NCBI RefSeq assembly: GCF_006345805.1
Contig: NW_021833256.1
Span: 1 to 64,000 of the forward strand
Length of the DNA: 64,000 nucleotides
Direction: 5' to 3'
DNA from: Octopus sinensis
Lineage: Eukaryota
Every line of letters starts with the position of its first letter. Position 1 is the stretch's first letter. The translations under genes and the position numbers were made by a program. Under the pieces are notes generated by a model. That model was not told the DNA's origin, made no database searches, and worked only from the letters and a program-made list of their open reading frames with translations. Below, piece after piece: positions 13,748-26,525 of this stretch.

Positions 13748-14073
13748 CACAACAGGCTTCTTTCAGTTTCCATCTACCTATAGTAGAAGACACTTGCTCA
13801 AGGTGCCATGCAGTGGGACTGAACCCGGAACCATGTGGTTGATAAGCAAGCTACTTACTACACAGCCTCTTCGGCGCCTATGCTTATTATATATATTTTT
13901 AAATATTTTGAAAATGTATGATTTGTTTCACACCCCTTGTTTCTGTCTATAATTTTAAAATATCAGAGAACCTGAGAAAGTTACTGCTTGAATTTATTCC
14001 CAATAATTTAATAAAAGGGATGTAAAAGATAATTTATTTTAATAGCATACTTTTCTGTTAGTAAATATATTTT

Positions 14074-14474
14074 GGTGCTGGTGTAATATGTGATCTACAT
14101 ACATGTTTCTGGTATAGCTTGTTATCTACATTAGTTCAAATGGTATGGTTTGTGATCTACACCAACTTTTTGATCTTCATTTAAAATTCATCTGTTTACT
14201 CGACTTCCGCTTGGTTTCGTAAATAAACCAAAAATAACTTTTATGATTTAAGAACTTTTAGTTCTGAGCCTATTGAAAGACATCGTGATGAGAGCAAAAG
14301 AATTTTACACACTGGTTATTCGAGATGAAGAAGCTGCAATAGAATTTCTCCGACGCTATGAACTCCTTGATGAACATGGAGATATTGATCCATCTCTAAT
14401 TATAATTGCAAATTTACAACAAAATTTTGAATGTAGATCACCATGGCATGTAGATCACATACTACTCTGGCACC
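14074..14474 (+). mobile_element. Merlin (IS1016/IS1595-related) non-autonomous DNA transposon, 401 bp
   Basis: TIR GGTGCTGGTGTAATATGTGATCTACAT versus right reverse complement GGTGCCAGAGTAGTATGTGATCTACAT (23/27); 8-bp TSD tatatttt/tgtatttt; internal gtgatctaca subrepeats; truncated ORF MRAKEFYTLVIRDEEAAIEFLRRYELLD...DP (14288-14393). Confidence 0.75.
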
Positions 14475-15609
14475 TGTATTTTTCTTACATTCACACATCT
14501 ACACACACACAAACTTGACTCACTTGATGCAGGGTGGGATGTTAAAAATCCAAATTACAAAATTTTCCCGGTAGGGTTGCTTAAATTCCAGCAATGAACC
14601 ATCCTTAGGTTAAACAAAACCTCTGTGTTATTTCCACATCATCAATTCATAAGATGTGTTTATGGGAAGGAAAAATATTTAAAAACATCAATACATGTCA
14701 GAGTAACAAAAAAACAAGGAAGGTACCAGGTGGTCATGACATGTGTTAGAAACAACAGCTAAATCTCCTTTAGATCACACACCTTTTCAACTGAAAAATT
14801 TTTTTTTTTTTTTGACCAAAAAGGCTTCTCCCATCGTTTTTAAGTGTATAGTTTAAAAAAATATTGGCCAAAATTGGTCTGGAGAGGGTGGGGGTAAGGA
14901 GATGATGAAAAAACCATAAATTTTCCAAAATTTTTTTTTATATAAAAAGCTTCTCCCCATCATTTCTAAGGGTGTAGTGAAAAGAAAATGGGGAAAATCC
15001 TCGTCAAAACAGAAAATCAAACTTTTAGGCTGTCCTGATCTAAAACTCTACCATTTATAGCTATGTTCAATAGGTCATTAAAATTTTATTGAAATGATGT
15101 CATGTTCCGAAATCCCAAGATTTATTGAGTTCTCTACCTTCTATAAATGCGCCAAAACTCAAGTTCCTATAGCTTGAATTTGTGGATTTAGCAAGGTCTG
15201 AAAACACTGCAAAATCAACTGTTTGTTACAAGCAACAAAATATCATTTGAAAAGTTGCCAAAATAAATATTTAAAAAATTGCCAAGAAAAAGTTTCATTT
15301 TCGAGAACATGAAAAAAAAAAAAAGGCAACTGCTATCCCATGGACACTATTAATTTGTCTAATTTGAAGATAATTATCACCTCAGTTTCAAAAATATAAT
15401 ATGACAAATATAACTAATTATTATTTAGGCCTAATTGCACAAGATTTCAACAAATTTGTTGACCATTCAAATTGTCATATTTCCTAAAATATTCATCCAA
15501 ATTTCACAAATTAAGTATCAAAATATTTCTTTTTGGATGCTCTCCAAGGAAAAGTACAGAAGTTAGATTTAAAATATTTTCAAAAATTTATAATGATACC
15601 AATTTACAG

Positions 15610-15860
15610 AACAAATATATTTATTACATTTTCATAGAAATTTGTTGGAGTAAACTTTTTTCGATTTATATAAGAGCTAACCTTAGAACTATTTTCTCTT
15701 TTGTTACAATTCTTTGCTAAGTTTTAATGCTCTTCAATGCGGGAAAGGATTGCTGTACAGAGTAGACAAAGTATCTTTGCGAAGGGCTAAATTGCTTCTA
15801 TTTTTAGATTTGGTGCTTTTTCACTCAAAGTGAAACAGTCATCCCTTTTAGTCCATTCAA
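15610..15860 (-). pseudogene. hAT transposase C-terminal dimerisation-domain relic
   Basis: SVQQSFPALKSIKT*QR......LRLALI*IEKSLLQQI resembles the hAT motif SAERSFSxLKxIKTYxR...LxxLALxxIE. Confidence 0.5.
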
Positions 15861-16782
15861 CAATCAAGTCAGTTGAATTTTTAGTGACATCAATTACAAA
15901 GATGACGTAACAGAGAGAGAGAGAGAGATGGCAGGGAGGTATTGACAGAGAGAAGTGGGCAAAGAGAGAAAGCTGCATGCCTTTTGAGTGTATTTCTCAC
16001 AAGAAGAGAAAAGAGCTTAGAAAATGTCTTCTACAATGAAAGGTCTTCACTAATAAAAGTAATGCTATATTCTTATGTTTCGAGGTGCGTGGCTTAGTGG
16101 TTAGGGTGTCAGCACCATGATCGTAAGATTGTGGTTTCGATTGCTGGGCCTGGTGACACATTGTGTTCTTGAGCAAAACACTTCTTTTCAAGTTGCTCCA
16201 GTCCACTCAGCTGGCAGAAATGAGTAGTGCTGCGATGGACTGGCGTCTCCTCCAGCTGGGGAAAACATACGCCATAGAAACAATTTTTTCCACCCTTCCT
16301 GCATCTGTCCCATATTGGTGGGATATTGCACAGCTAGCTGTGTTGCATCCATCAGTGTAGGCAGTATCTCGTCAGGTGTCTCGTTTTAGATAAGATACGT
16401 CCTACATATACTGATTTTGCTAGGCACATGCAAACACATGCACACACACACACACACACACACACAATCTTTTATCTTTCGCTTGTTTCAGTTACTGGAT
16501 TGCAGCCATCATACTGGAAAACTTCCTTGAGGGGTTTAGTCAAATAAATCAACAATAATTCTTTTTTTTTTTTTTGTTTAGTCAGCTACTTATTCAATCA
16601 GTCCCTTTTTGTCAAACTGCTAAGTGACAGGGATTTAAACAAACCAGCATCAGCTGCCAAGCAGTGGTGGGAAGACAAACACAACACAAAGATATTTGTG
16701 TGTGTGTGTGTATGTATGTATGCATGTATAGTGTGGCCCAAAAGTCACAGAGGTGTCTAAAAGTTTAATAAATTCGTTTTAA

Positions 16783-17003
16783 CCCTTTCGTTACCAACCT
16801 GGCTGAAACCTGCTCTGGCTCTGAGTACAAATGTCTTCTTTTCATAAGTTTTGAATTAAAATCTTCCACCAAACCGTAGTCACAATTTATGTTCCTAACA
16901 CTAGCTTAACAATAACTAAGTTATTTTACTAAATTCTTTGTTATATCTTAAATTAATTAAAAGAAACACAGAGCATCTCAAAACAAATATGATAACATAA
17001 GTG
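16783..17003. mobile_element. piggyBac-like MITE
   Basis: TTAA|CCCTTTCGTTACC start and a degenerate inverted end gataacataagtg|TTAA. Confidence 0.5.
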
Positions 17004-18356
17004 TTAATTACATCTTTTTTATAAGTAATTCACAAAATGTGACTTTTCACTCCAGATGTACATATATTTCCTGTATATGTGTGTGTATATACACACAAGT
17101 GGAGGCGCAATGGCCCAGTGGTTAGGGCAGTGGACTCACGGTCGTAGGATCACGGTTTCGATTCCTGGACCGGGCGTTGTGAGTGTTTATTGAACGAAAA
17201 CACCTAAAAGCTCCACGACGCTCCGGCAGGGGGTGGTGATCCCTGCTGTACTCTTTCACCACTCTTTCTTCTGTTGGCCTGCTCGCTTAGCCAGTGGGGT
17301 GGCGTCATTTGAAGGCTAAAACAATGCAAATGCATTGTGACCAGCGATGTGTAACAACATCTGATGGTCTGGTCGGTCACGTGATCACGTGATATACACA
17401 CATATATATATATATATATTATATGTTCAGCCAGCTAGGCTATCTGAAACTTCGAAGTCACTGTCGACAACATTCTTGTATAAGAATAATACATATATAT
17501 TGTTATATTTTAGGATGGTCTTTTTTTTTTATTTTTGTTTCTCATCCCAAAATATAACAATGTTTCAACACACGATTTCACATCGGGAATCTTGCAAAAC
17601 AAATACACACACACAAACAGGCTTGTTTTTCAGTTTCTGCCTATCAAGTCCACACGTAAGGTATAGTAGAAGACTCTTGCCCAAGGTGCTGTGCAGTGAG
17701 ATCGAACCCAAGACCACACAGCTGGGCAGCAAGCTCCTTAACCATACAGCCATGCCTGCGCCTCTGTCTTAATAATAAAGATATTTATTCACATCATATA
17801 AACATAGACACATTGCCAGCCTGCCTCTCTCGGTCTTTGTATTTCTTCAAGAAGGTACTCCAGTCTAGACAAGTGCTATTAAAGAGCTTGTGTACATCTC
17901 TTTTGTTGTTTGCCAAATATAATGTCTACATTGTCAAATTAAAATGATTCACTCATTTATTTATTTATTATTACCATTTTTATTTATTTGTTTATTTGCC
18001 ATTCTGCCGTTTTTGCCATTCTATAATTCAATTTGTTGTTGTTGTTGTCAGAACGTTCTGATATTCTGTTGATTCTGTTATTCTTTAAACATTGACAAAG
18101 GAAGAATACTTACAACTATATTATTCAACTATTTTCTGATTCTGGCTGCAGCCTTCTACCACTCCTCTCTCCCTCTCAATATCTATCTATTTCTACCTCT
18201 CATGTGTGTGTATATATATGCATATGTGTATTGTGTATTTTTATATATACGTGTGTGTGTATTGAGTATATCTATAAGTATGTGTGTGAGTGAATGTGTG
18301 TGTATATATATATGCGTATGTATATGTGTGTGTGTATGTATATGTGTGTGTTTATA

Positions 18357-18406
<50 letters not shown>

Positions 18407-18940
18407 ATGTGTGTGTTTATATATATTTATTTATATATATATATATGTGTGTGTGTGCATTGTGTACATATATATGTGTATGTATGTGTATTTATATAAT
18501 TTTAGTCTTTGCTCTCTCTCTCTCTCTCTCCCACTTATTTCTTTCAATTTTTCTGTGTTTCTATCTCTCTTCCACCTTTCTTGTCTTTCTTTTCTCTCTT
18601 CTCCCTTGTCTTCCTTCTCTCACTCTTCCCTCCCCCTCTCTCTATAGTCAAATCATTGCTGCCACCTCTTTCTTGCTCTCCATACCATCTTCATCCCCAC
18701 ATCTCTCTACCAATCCCTCTTCGGTTACTTTGGTTACTAGATAAACCATTGTGGCCTCTCTCTATTATAACCGAATCCGTCTACCTTTGGAGGTCGATGT
18801 GTATATATGATGTCTCTTGATATGTGTCAGTCTCTTTTCAGGTGTGTGAGAGAGAAAGAATGATCATGTATGTATGTTGTTTATGCGACATAATCATTTA
18901 TAAATGCATTTCCTCTCAAAGTGCCGGTCCCTAACTACAG

Positions 18941-19371
18941 AGGGAAACCTGTGGAAGAGATAGACCCAAGAAGACATGGAACAAGGTGGTGAAGCATGAT
19001 CTTTGGACACTGGATCTCATGGAGGCAATGACAAGAGATGGAGGCTGTTGGTAATTTGCTGTGCTTGAGAAGACTTATCAAGCCAAGTGGAATGGTAGTT
19101 GTGGCTGGTGCCAGTGACACATGAAAGGCACCCGTGCAGGTGGCACATAAAAACCATCTGTGTCAGTGACATGTAAAAGGCACCTGTGCTGGTGACACAT
19201 AAGAGGTACCCTCTACACTCTGTGGAGTGGTTGGCATTAGGAAGGGCATCCAACTGTAGAAAGCATGCCAAATTAGATTGGAACCTGGTGCAGCCTTCCA
19301 GCTTACTAATTCTAGCCAAACTATCTAACCCATGCCAACATGGAAAATGGATGCTAGATAATGATGATGAT
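18941..19371 (+). mobile_element. RTE-clade LINE 3' end (ORF2 C-terminus plus 3'UTR with (GAT)n tail). UTR-only copies at 3780-4065, 5985-6175, 13060-13350(-), 25540-25860(-), 30465-30690(-), 34800-35005, 43800-44195, 49900-50340(-), 55620-55842(-)
   Basis: Translation TCGRDRPKKTWNKVVKHDLWTLDLMEAMTRD..W*FAVLEKT is the typical RTE GRP..TW terminus and runs into gagtggttggcattaggaagggcatccagctgtag...gatgatgat. Confidence 0.75.
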
Positions 19372-19689
19372 ATATGTATTCACACACATCTATATGTACC
19401 ATCATCATTTTTGCTTGCATGGAGCAGACAGAGTTCATGGAGACAGATTTTCTACAGCTGGATGCCCTCCCTGAAACCAACCTTCACTTGCTTCCAAATA
19501 AAGTATTTTTACCATGGCCAGACATGTTTTACACGGGAGACTGAAAACAAACAACATCGCTTGTTTGACAGCAACATTTGTTTACAACCATCAGATGATG
19601 TCAAAACAAGGGTCTCACACACACACAAACATCAATTCAGTTTGGGTATTAACCATATAGTTGGCTTTAGAAAGCCCCTGTACAAGTAT

Positions 19690-19935
19690 CAGCTGTCAGA
19701 CATAATTTGGCTGATCATATTGAAGATATATCGGGATATCTTTGAATACTTGTTGTGGCGGACACCCCCAAGTGAGAAGTGGGCTGTTCCACTACTGATA
19801 AATACTGGATAGACACAGCAAGCAGGGTCAGTCAGCGAGGTACACCATATGGGCCAGTCACGCAGATGATGAAGTTATGTCGTCATAATGCAGGACATAT
19901 CAATGGCGATGAAGATACCTCCCACTATATAACGG
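19690..19935 (+). pseudogene. Possible Ty3/gypsy pol relic (pre-RT linker)
   Basis: VGCSTTDKYWIDTASRVSQRGTPYGPV...GHI...TSHY loosely fits the G.T....H.IDT...P..QRPY...M...G.I..S.SPY pattern; contains stops. Confidence 0.35.
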
Positions 19936-20056
19936 TGCCGTTATAACAGTGGTAATGAGGTTACGAATGCTCGTAGGAGTGTCAAAATGGAAAACTACAC
20001 ACAGTGAAAAATTTGAAGAAGGAACTGAACTACACACAGTGAAAAATATATATATA

Positions 20057-20455
20057 TGTCATGTACTTTTGGGCCCATTGAAGCCTCAAACTCATGTGAT
20101 GGGGCGTTAAAGAAGGTAGTTTCAGGGGTTCTTGCATGGAAGCCATGGTCCCAAGAATGTGATTTCTGGTGGTTTTCGGTACATGAGGATGTTTGGAGGC
20201 AGGGAAAATGGCTATGCTTGTTTGGCCAGGTTTCCCATGTAACTTGCCAATATTCTTTAAATCCCTAGTTGTCACAGTCTTGAATGTCCAACAATCAGAT
20301 TGTTTCTTCCATAGCAAAAGATCCTTCAGGAATTATCTAACCATGTCCACATGATGACCTAACTTCTACACAATGACACAAAGAGAGGTGCCTTTAGCAC
20401 TTTCCTTGATGATGACAGACTATTCTTCATTGTTAAGGCCTTTTCTACATCCCAT
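20057..20455 (-). pseudogene. Tc1-like transposase N-terminal (HTH) relic
   Basis: MGCRKGLNNEE*SVIIKESAKG...KLGHHVDMVR*FLKD...TRNHILGTMA...LKLPSLTPHHMSLRLQWAQKYM; the LT..H...RL.WA..Y motif precedes the Tc1 DDE domain; truncated at a TA run. Confidence 0.7.
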
Positions 20456-21251
20456 TGTTCTTAGAGAGGAGACGCTATTAGCATGGTTCACCCCAAAACT
20501 GAAGAATCTAAAATAAAAAAGAAAGGATGTTACACAGAATGATGAAAACATAACAATGGTGTTGCCATAGTCTGCAAACCAGCTTGGAACATTTTTATCA
20601 AAATCGATTCACAGAAAACCAAGAAATCCTAAATTTCACTCCTAAGCTACTAGCATGATTCTGGGTGTATATATATAATCAAATTATTCATTTATTCTCT
20701 ATAAAGATGAAAAAGACGAAATTCTGAATATTGACAAAGAGAAACCTTACATCACTACCACCACCACCACCATAGTTATTGCTAAATTCATCATCAACAT
20801 CATCATTGTCATTTTATTTCTATCCTCTTGCTGGCTTTGGTTGGATAGGTCTACATGATCTGATGCATATATCAAGAGCAAGATTTTTATGACTGGATGC
20901 CCTTCCTAAGGCCCACTACTGCTTTACGGAGTGTACTGGGTGCATTTTTATTTATTTGTTTATCTTTTACTTGTTTCAGTCATTAGACTACAGCCTTGCT
21001 TGGGCAGACCTTTGCTGGAGCACCGCCTTGCTGGGCACAGCCTTGAATCATTTTAGTTGAATGAATGAATTGACCCCAATACTTCATTTTTAAGCCAAGC
21101 ACTAATTCTATCAGTCTCTTTGGTCAAACCACTAAGTTACGGAGATGCAAACACACCAACACTGGTTGTCAAGCAGTGTTACAAACACAGACACAAAGAC
21201 ATACACATATATGTATGTATATATATATATGTATGTATATATGTATGTATG

Positions 21252-21297
<46 letters not shown>

Positions 21298-22189
21298 AAA
21301 CAAGCTTCTTTCAGTTTCCTTCTACAAAATCCACTCACAAGGCTTTGGTCGGCCTGAGGCTATAGTAGACATTTGCCCAAGGTGCCATGTAGTGGGACTG
21401 AACCTGGAACCATGTGGTTGGGAAGCAAGCTTCTTACTATACAGCCATGCCTGCACTCTGTAACTGGCAAGACTAACGAATTACCAGACTGAAAGTAGAA
21501 TCCAAGAGGAGAGAGAGATGAAGAGAGGTGGATGATAAGCTTAGAAGGGTGATGGAGCAAAATGGATGCAAGGTGGATGGGGTAGGGCATGAGATAAAGA
21601 CATGTTTGCATCAAGGGTTCACCAGGAGCGTTCCATCAGTATTCTTCCACAAGGCCCGAAATTTTGGGGAGGGGGGCAGTTGATTAGATTCACTCCAGTA
21701 CACAACTGGAACTTAATTTATCGACCCCTAAAGGATGAAAAGTAAAGTTGACCTCAGTGGAATTTGAACTCAGAACATAAAGACAGACGAAATACCTATT
21801 TCTTTACTACCCACAAGGGGCTAAACACAAAGAGGACAAACAAGGACAGACAAACGGATTAAGTCGATTATATCGACCCCAGTGCATAACTGGTACTTAT
21901 TTAATCGACCCTGAAAGGATGAAAGGCAAAGTTGACCTCGGTGGAATTTGAACTCAGAACCTAGTGGCAGACGAAATACCGCTAGAAATACTGCTAAGCA
22001 TTTCGTCCAGCGCGCTAACAATTCTGCTAGCTCGCTGACAGACGAAATACCGCTAAGCATTTTGCCCCACGTGCTACATTTCTGCCAGCTCACTGCCATA
22101 GTATTCCCCCATTTTATGAATGAAAGTACTTGCCTCATCCTTCCACTGTTTTCTGTAAATTCTTACACTTTTATTTTCAAGGCCATGCT

Positions 22190-22655
22190 TTTTATGATGT
22201 TAGTAGCAATGATGATAGTGGTAGTGGTGGTGGTGGTGGTGGTAGTGATGATGGTTTTGGCAGTAATAGTAGTAGTAACAGAAATGGTGATGGCAGTGGT
22301 GGCGATGATAATAGCATTTGTGGTAGTGATGCTGGTAATGATGAGGGTAACACTGGTGATGGTGGAGATAATGGTGGTATTGGTGACTTTAGAGATGGTG
22401 GTGGTGGTGACGGTGGATGTGATGATCATGATGATGCCAGTGGTGATGGTGGTGGTGGGGTGCTGACGACGATGGTGATGGCAGCAAAATGGTATCACTA
22501 GTAGGGACGGTGGAGATAGTAGGAATGATGACGGTGCTGACAGTAGTAGAAGTGGTGGAGGTGGCGGCGACGGTGTAATTAGTAGAGTTTGTGACGATAG
22601 TGGTAGTGGCGGCAGTGATGGTATTATTAATAGAGTTGGTGGTGGTGATGACGAT
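22190..22655. repeat. Degenerate (GGT/GAT/AGT)n low-complexity tract
   Basis: Trinucleotide-periodic G-rich sequence with no splice context. Confidence 0.85.
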
Positions 22656-22826
22656 ACACACACACACACCCATGCACTCTTCCTAGTATCATATTCATTA
22701 GGTACCAATTCAATCATATCCGCAGCTTAATCTTATGAACGCTATTTTTATTCAGTGTTTTACGAGCAGTTTTATAGATTATCTATAGATTATTTCTTCA
22801 TCTTTATTAGCCATGATACTCTTCAA

Positions 22827-22857
<31 letters not shown>

Positions 22858-24375
22858 GTGTGTTGAAGAGGCCCTCGCTGTGTGTTTATGTGCTGGTGTG
22901 TATGTGTATAAATGCATATTGACTTCTGTCATTTTATTTTTTTTTACATGTTCCAGTCATTGAACTGTGGCCATGCTGGAGCAATACCTCAAAGGGTTTA
23001 TTCAAACGAATTGACTTCAGCTCCAGAACTGTTTTTGTTCTTTTTTTCTTTTCTTTCTTTCTGTTTTTTTTTTTCTTTTTTGAAGTCTGGTACTTATTCT
23101 ATCAGTCTTTTTTGCTGAACTACTAAGTTACAGGGACGTAAACAAACCGACACCGGTTGACAAATGGTGGTGGAGGGCAACTGCGACACAAGCGCAAAGA
23201 CATGCACACATGCATATTCTTTTATACATTTCAGCCCTAAGGCTGTGGCCATGCTGGGGCACCCAGTAAAAAGGAAATTAGTTTTCAGTTGTATCAAACA
23301 GGCATAATCCCACTACTGCTCAACATGGGGTCTTTTGCCTGCTTTATTTCTATCCTGAGCCGAACTGACCCTCCTTAGAAACCTGGTCGTGAGGAACTCC
23401 CTCTCCAGCATATATATATACATGTATATGATGGGCTTCTTTCAGTTTCCATCGACTTAATCTTCCCACAAGGCTTTGGTTAGCCTAGGGCTTTAGTAGA
23501 AGACACTTGCTCAAAGTGCCACACAGTGGGACTGAACCCAGTACCATGTGGTTGGGAAGCAAACTTCTTACCACACAGTGACGATAGCCATGTTTACTTT
23601 TTATTTGAAGTTGGGTGGGGGTCCCCCCTTTCTTAACATTCCATCATCATATCTTTTATCTTTTATTTCTTTCAGTCATTTGACTGCGGCTATGCTAGGG
23701 CGCTGCCTTAAAGGGTTTTAGTCGAACAAATCGACCCCAGGACATTTTTTTAAAGTTTATATTTATTTTATTGTTTCCTTTTGCCAAACTAAGTTACTGG
23801 GATGTAAACACACCAACACCGGTTGTCAAGCGATGGTAGGTGAAATTGGTTTTCAGTTCTATATTTAAGGGATGAGGAGTTATGGCATATGACATAGTGG
23901 TTAAGAGCACAGGCTACTAACCCCAAGATTCTGAGTTCGATTCGAGGCAGTGACCTGAATAATAATAATAATAATAATAATGAAAAAAATATGGGTATTC
24001 AGATAAGGATACGCACCACAGAAAGACAGAATGGATTAAACAGGACAGGAGAAGACACGTGGGATGGAGAGTTGCTGAAGAGGCCACAAGATGTGTGACA
24101 AAAGATTTCAGACAAAGAACAGTAAAGTAAGAACAAACACAAAGTTGAAGTGAAGAATGAGTATACAGTGCATGTGGTTATCTGGTAAAAGAAAAAAAAT
24201 GACTGTAGGCACAGGAGCGGCTGTGTGGTAAGTAGCTTGCTTACCAACCACATAGTTCTGGGTTCAGTCCCATTGCGTGGCACCTTGAGCAAGTGTCTTC
24301 TACAATAGCCTCGGGCCGACCAAAGCCTTGTGAGTGGATTTGGTAGATGGATACTGAAAAGAAGCCTGTCATATA

Positions 24376-24478
24376 CGAGGGGTGTATGAAAAGTCTTGAG
24401 CCTCAAAACAAAACCTGGTACAAGACTTCTGATGAAGGTACAAGACTTCAAAGCTCAAAACTTTTCATACACCCCTCA
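24376..24478. mobile_element. mariner-type MITE, 103 bp, inserted in the TA tract of a SINE A
   Basis: TIR CGAGGGGTGTATGAAAAGTCTTGAGC versus reverse complement TGAGGGGTGTATGAAAAGTTTTGAGC; TA TSD; internal 13-bp direct repeat ggtacaagacttc. Confidence 0.85.
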
Positions 24479-25228
24479 TATGTATATATATGTGTGTGTG
24501 TGCATGCGTATATGTTTGTGTGTCTGTGTTTGTCCCACTCCCACCATCATTTGACAGCCGATGCTGGTGCGTTTACAAAAGAGACTGATGGAATAAGTAC
24601 TAGGTTTACAAAGAATAAGTCCTGGGGTTGATTTGTTCGACTAAAGGCAGTGCTCCAGCATGTCCACAGTCAGATGACTGAAACAAATACAAGAGTATCC
24701 TGAAATATAACAGCACACGATTTCACAACAGGAATCTGCCAAAAGAGGTTTTTTAAAAAAAAAATTGACTGTGTTTTCGCAACTTTATGTCGATATATCA
24801 TTTTTAACACAAATTTCTTTCAACCTAAAGAGCTAGCTTAATATCTACATTAATTTAAAGACTATACATATATTAATGCAGACACATAATTAATTTATTA
24901 CTTACTGTAAAATACAATAAAATCAATTATCTATACATGTTCATTAAGCCATGAAACAATTGTTGTTAAATAAGAATTTCCAATGATTAAATAAATTTTA
25001 TTATAGAACATTTCGTTATTTATTTATAATTTTATACACTCCTTATGTTTTTTTTGACTTGTACTACATATTCTATATTTTATAGAATGATACATTAAGG
25101 AGCTTTTTTCCCCTGACTACCACCAGATTAGTTGAATCCAAATATTGTGACTTAAATTTATAAATATCTACATACTTATACACAAGTGCTCATCTTCTGA
25201 ATATTTTCACTCTTTCTTTCTCTCCCTG

Positions 25229-25292
<64 letters not shown>

Positions 25293-25296
<4 letters not shown>

Positions 25297-25506
25297 ATCC
25301 AAACATGAAAACACCAAGAGAAAACACAACTATGCGAGGATGTGGAACAAATATAGTATTATTGGACGCTCAGGAAGGAAGGGAAGAAGGAGGGTTTTAC
25401 GTTTCGAGCGGAGCTCTTCGTCAGAAACATAGGAAAAGGAAAGATCCAGAGAAGGGAAGATGGAGGAAAAAAAATCGCCAACAGTACACACGCGGTCACA
25501 TTTTGA
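25293..25506 (-). mobile_element. About 215 bp non-autonomous hammerhead-bearing (Penelope-like or retrozyme-like) element within (TA)n
   Basis: Unique purine-rich block flanked by (TA)n on both sides and containing an intact hammerhead; no ORF. Confidence 0.6.
25394..25428 (-). ncRNA. Minimal type I hammerhead ribozyme motif, intact core
   Basis: Minus strand reads GTTT-CTGACGA-A-GAGC(TCC)GCTC-GAA-ACGT-A-AAAC: stem I GTTT/AAAC, CUGANGA and GAAA boxes, stem II GAGC/GCTC, self-complementary ACGU stem III, and a GUA cleavage triplet. Confidence 0.75.
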
Positions 25507-26494
25507 ATATATATATATATATACACATATATCATCATCATCATTGTTTGACGTCCGTTTTCCATGCTAGCATGGGTTGGATGGTTTGGCTGAGGACTAG
25601 CAAGCCAGTAGGCTGTGCCAGGCTCCAATCTGATCTGGCTGTGTTTCTACAACTGGATGCCCTTCCTAATGCCAATCACTCTGAGAGAGTGTAGTGGGTG
25701 ATTTTTACATGCCACCGGCACAGGGGCTAGAGGGGGCTGGCAAACAGCCATGATCAGTTGATGCTTTTTACTTGTCACCGACACGGACGCCAGTCAGGCA
25801 GCGCTGGCTTCAGCCATGTTCTGATGGTGCTTTTTATGTGCCACTGGCACGGGGGTGCTTATGTATTTTATTATCAAGTGCAAGCATACTTATTTGCATC
25901 ACTATCACCATATCAGCTCACCTGGGTTCCTCTTATAGCCACTCTTTATCCTGCGGACTCAGTCTTTTGATAAAGGGGATGTAAACACACCAGCATCGGT
26001 TGTCAAGTGATGGTTGGGGGACAAACACAGACATATATACGACAGGCTTCTTTCAGTTTCCGTCTACCAAATCCACTCGCAAGGCTTTGGTCGGCCTGAG
26101 GCTATAGTAGAAAACACTTGCCCAAGGTGCCACACAGTGGGACTGAACCTGGAACCATGTGGTTAGTAAGCAAGCTACTTACCACACAGCCACTCCTGTA
26201 CTTATTACTCTTTTTTTCTTCTATTTAGCAGAATCAGCAGAGTGACCCAAGGTCTGAGTTTCATGATTCGAGCTAATACATGAAAATCTCAGCCCTTGAG
26301 TAATTTTGTTCCAGCTAAATACTAATAAAAACATCTATCTATATAGATATATGTATGTATGTGCATGCATATGCGTGTATGTATATGAATGTATATATGT
26401 AAGTATATATGTATATATATGTATGTATATATACATGTGTATATGTACATATAAATGTGTGTGTATATATATATATATAACACACATACATATG

Positions 26495-26525
<31 letters not shown>

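Noticed and set aside
21948-22717. Four overlapping ORFs of 94-184 aa (poly-V, poly-G/D, poly-T)
   Set aside because: A degenerate trinucleotide tract open in several frames on both strands, adjoining SINE B.
24429-24437. CTGATGAAG inside the mariner MITE (similar boxes at 11447, 27566, 32283)
   Set aside because: No stem II-GAAA-stem III arrangement follows, so these are not hammerheads.
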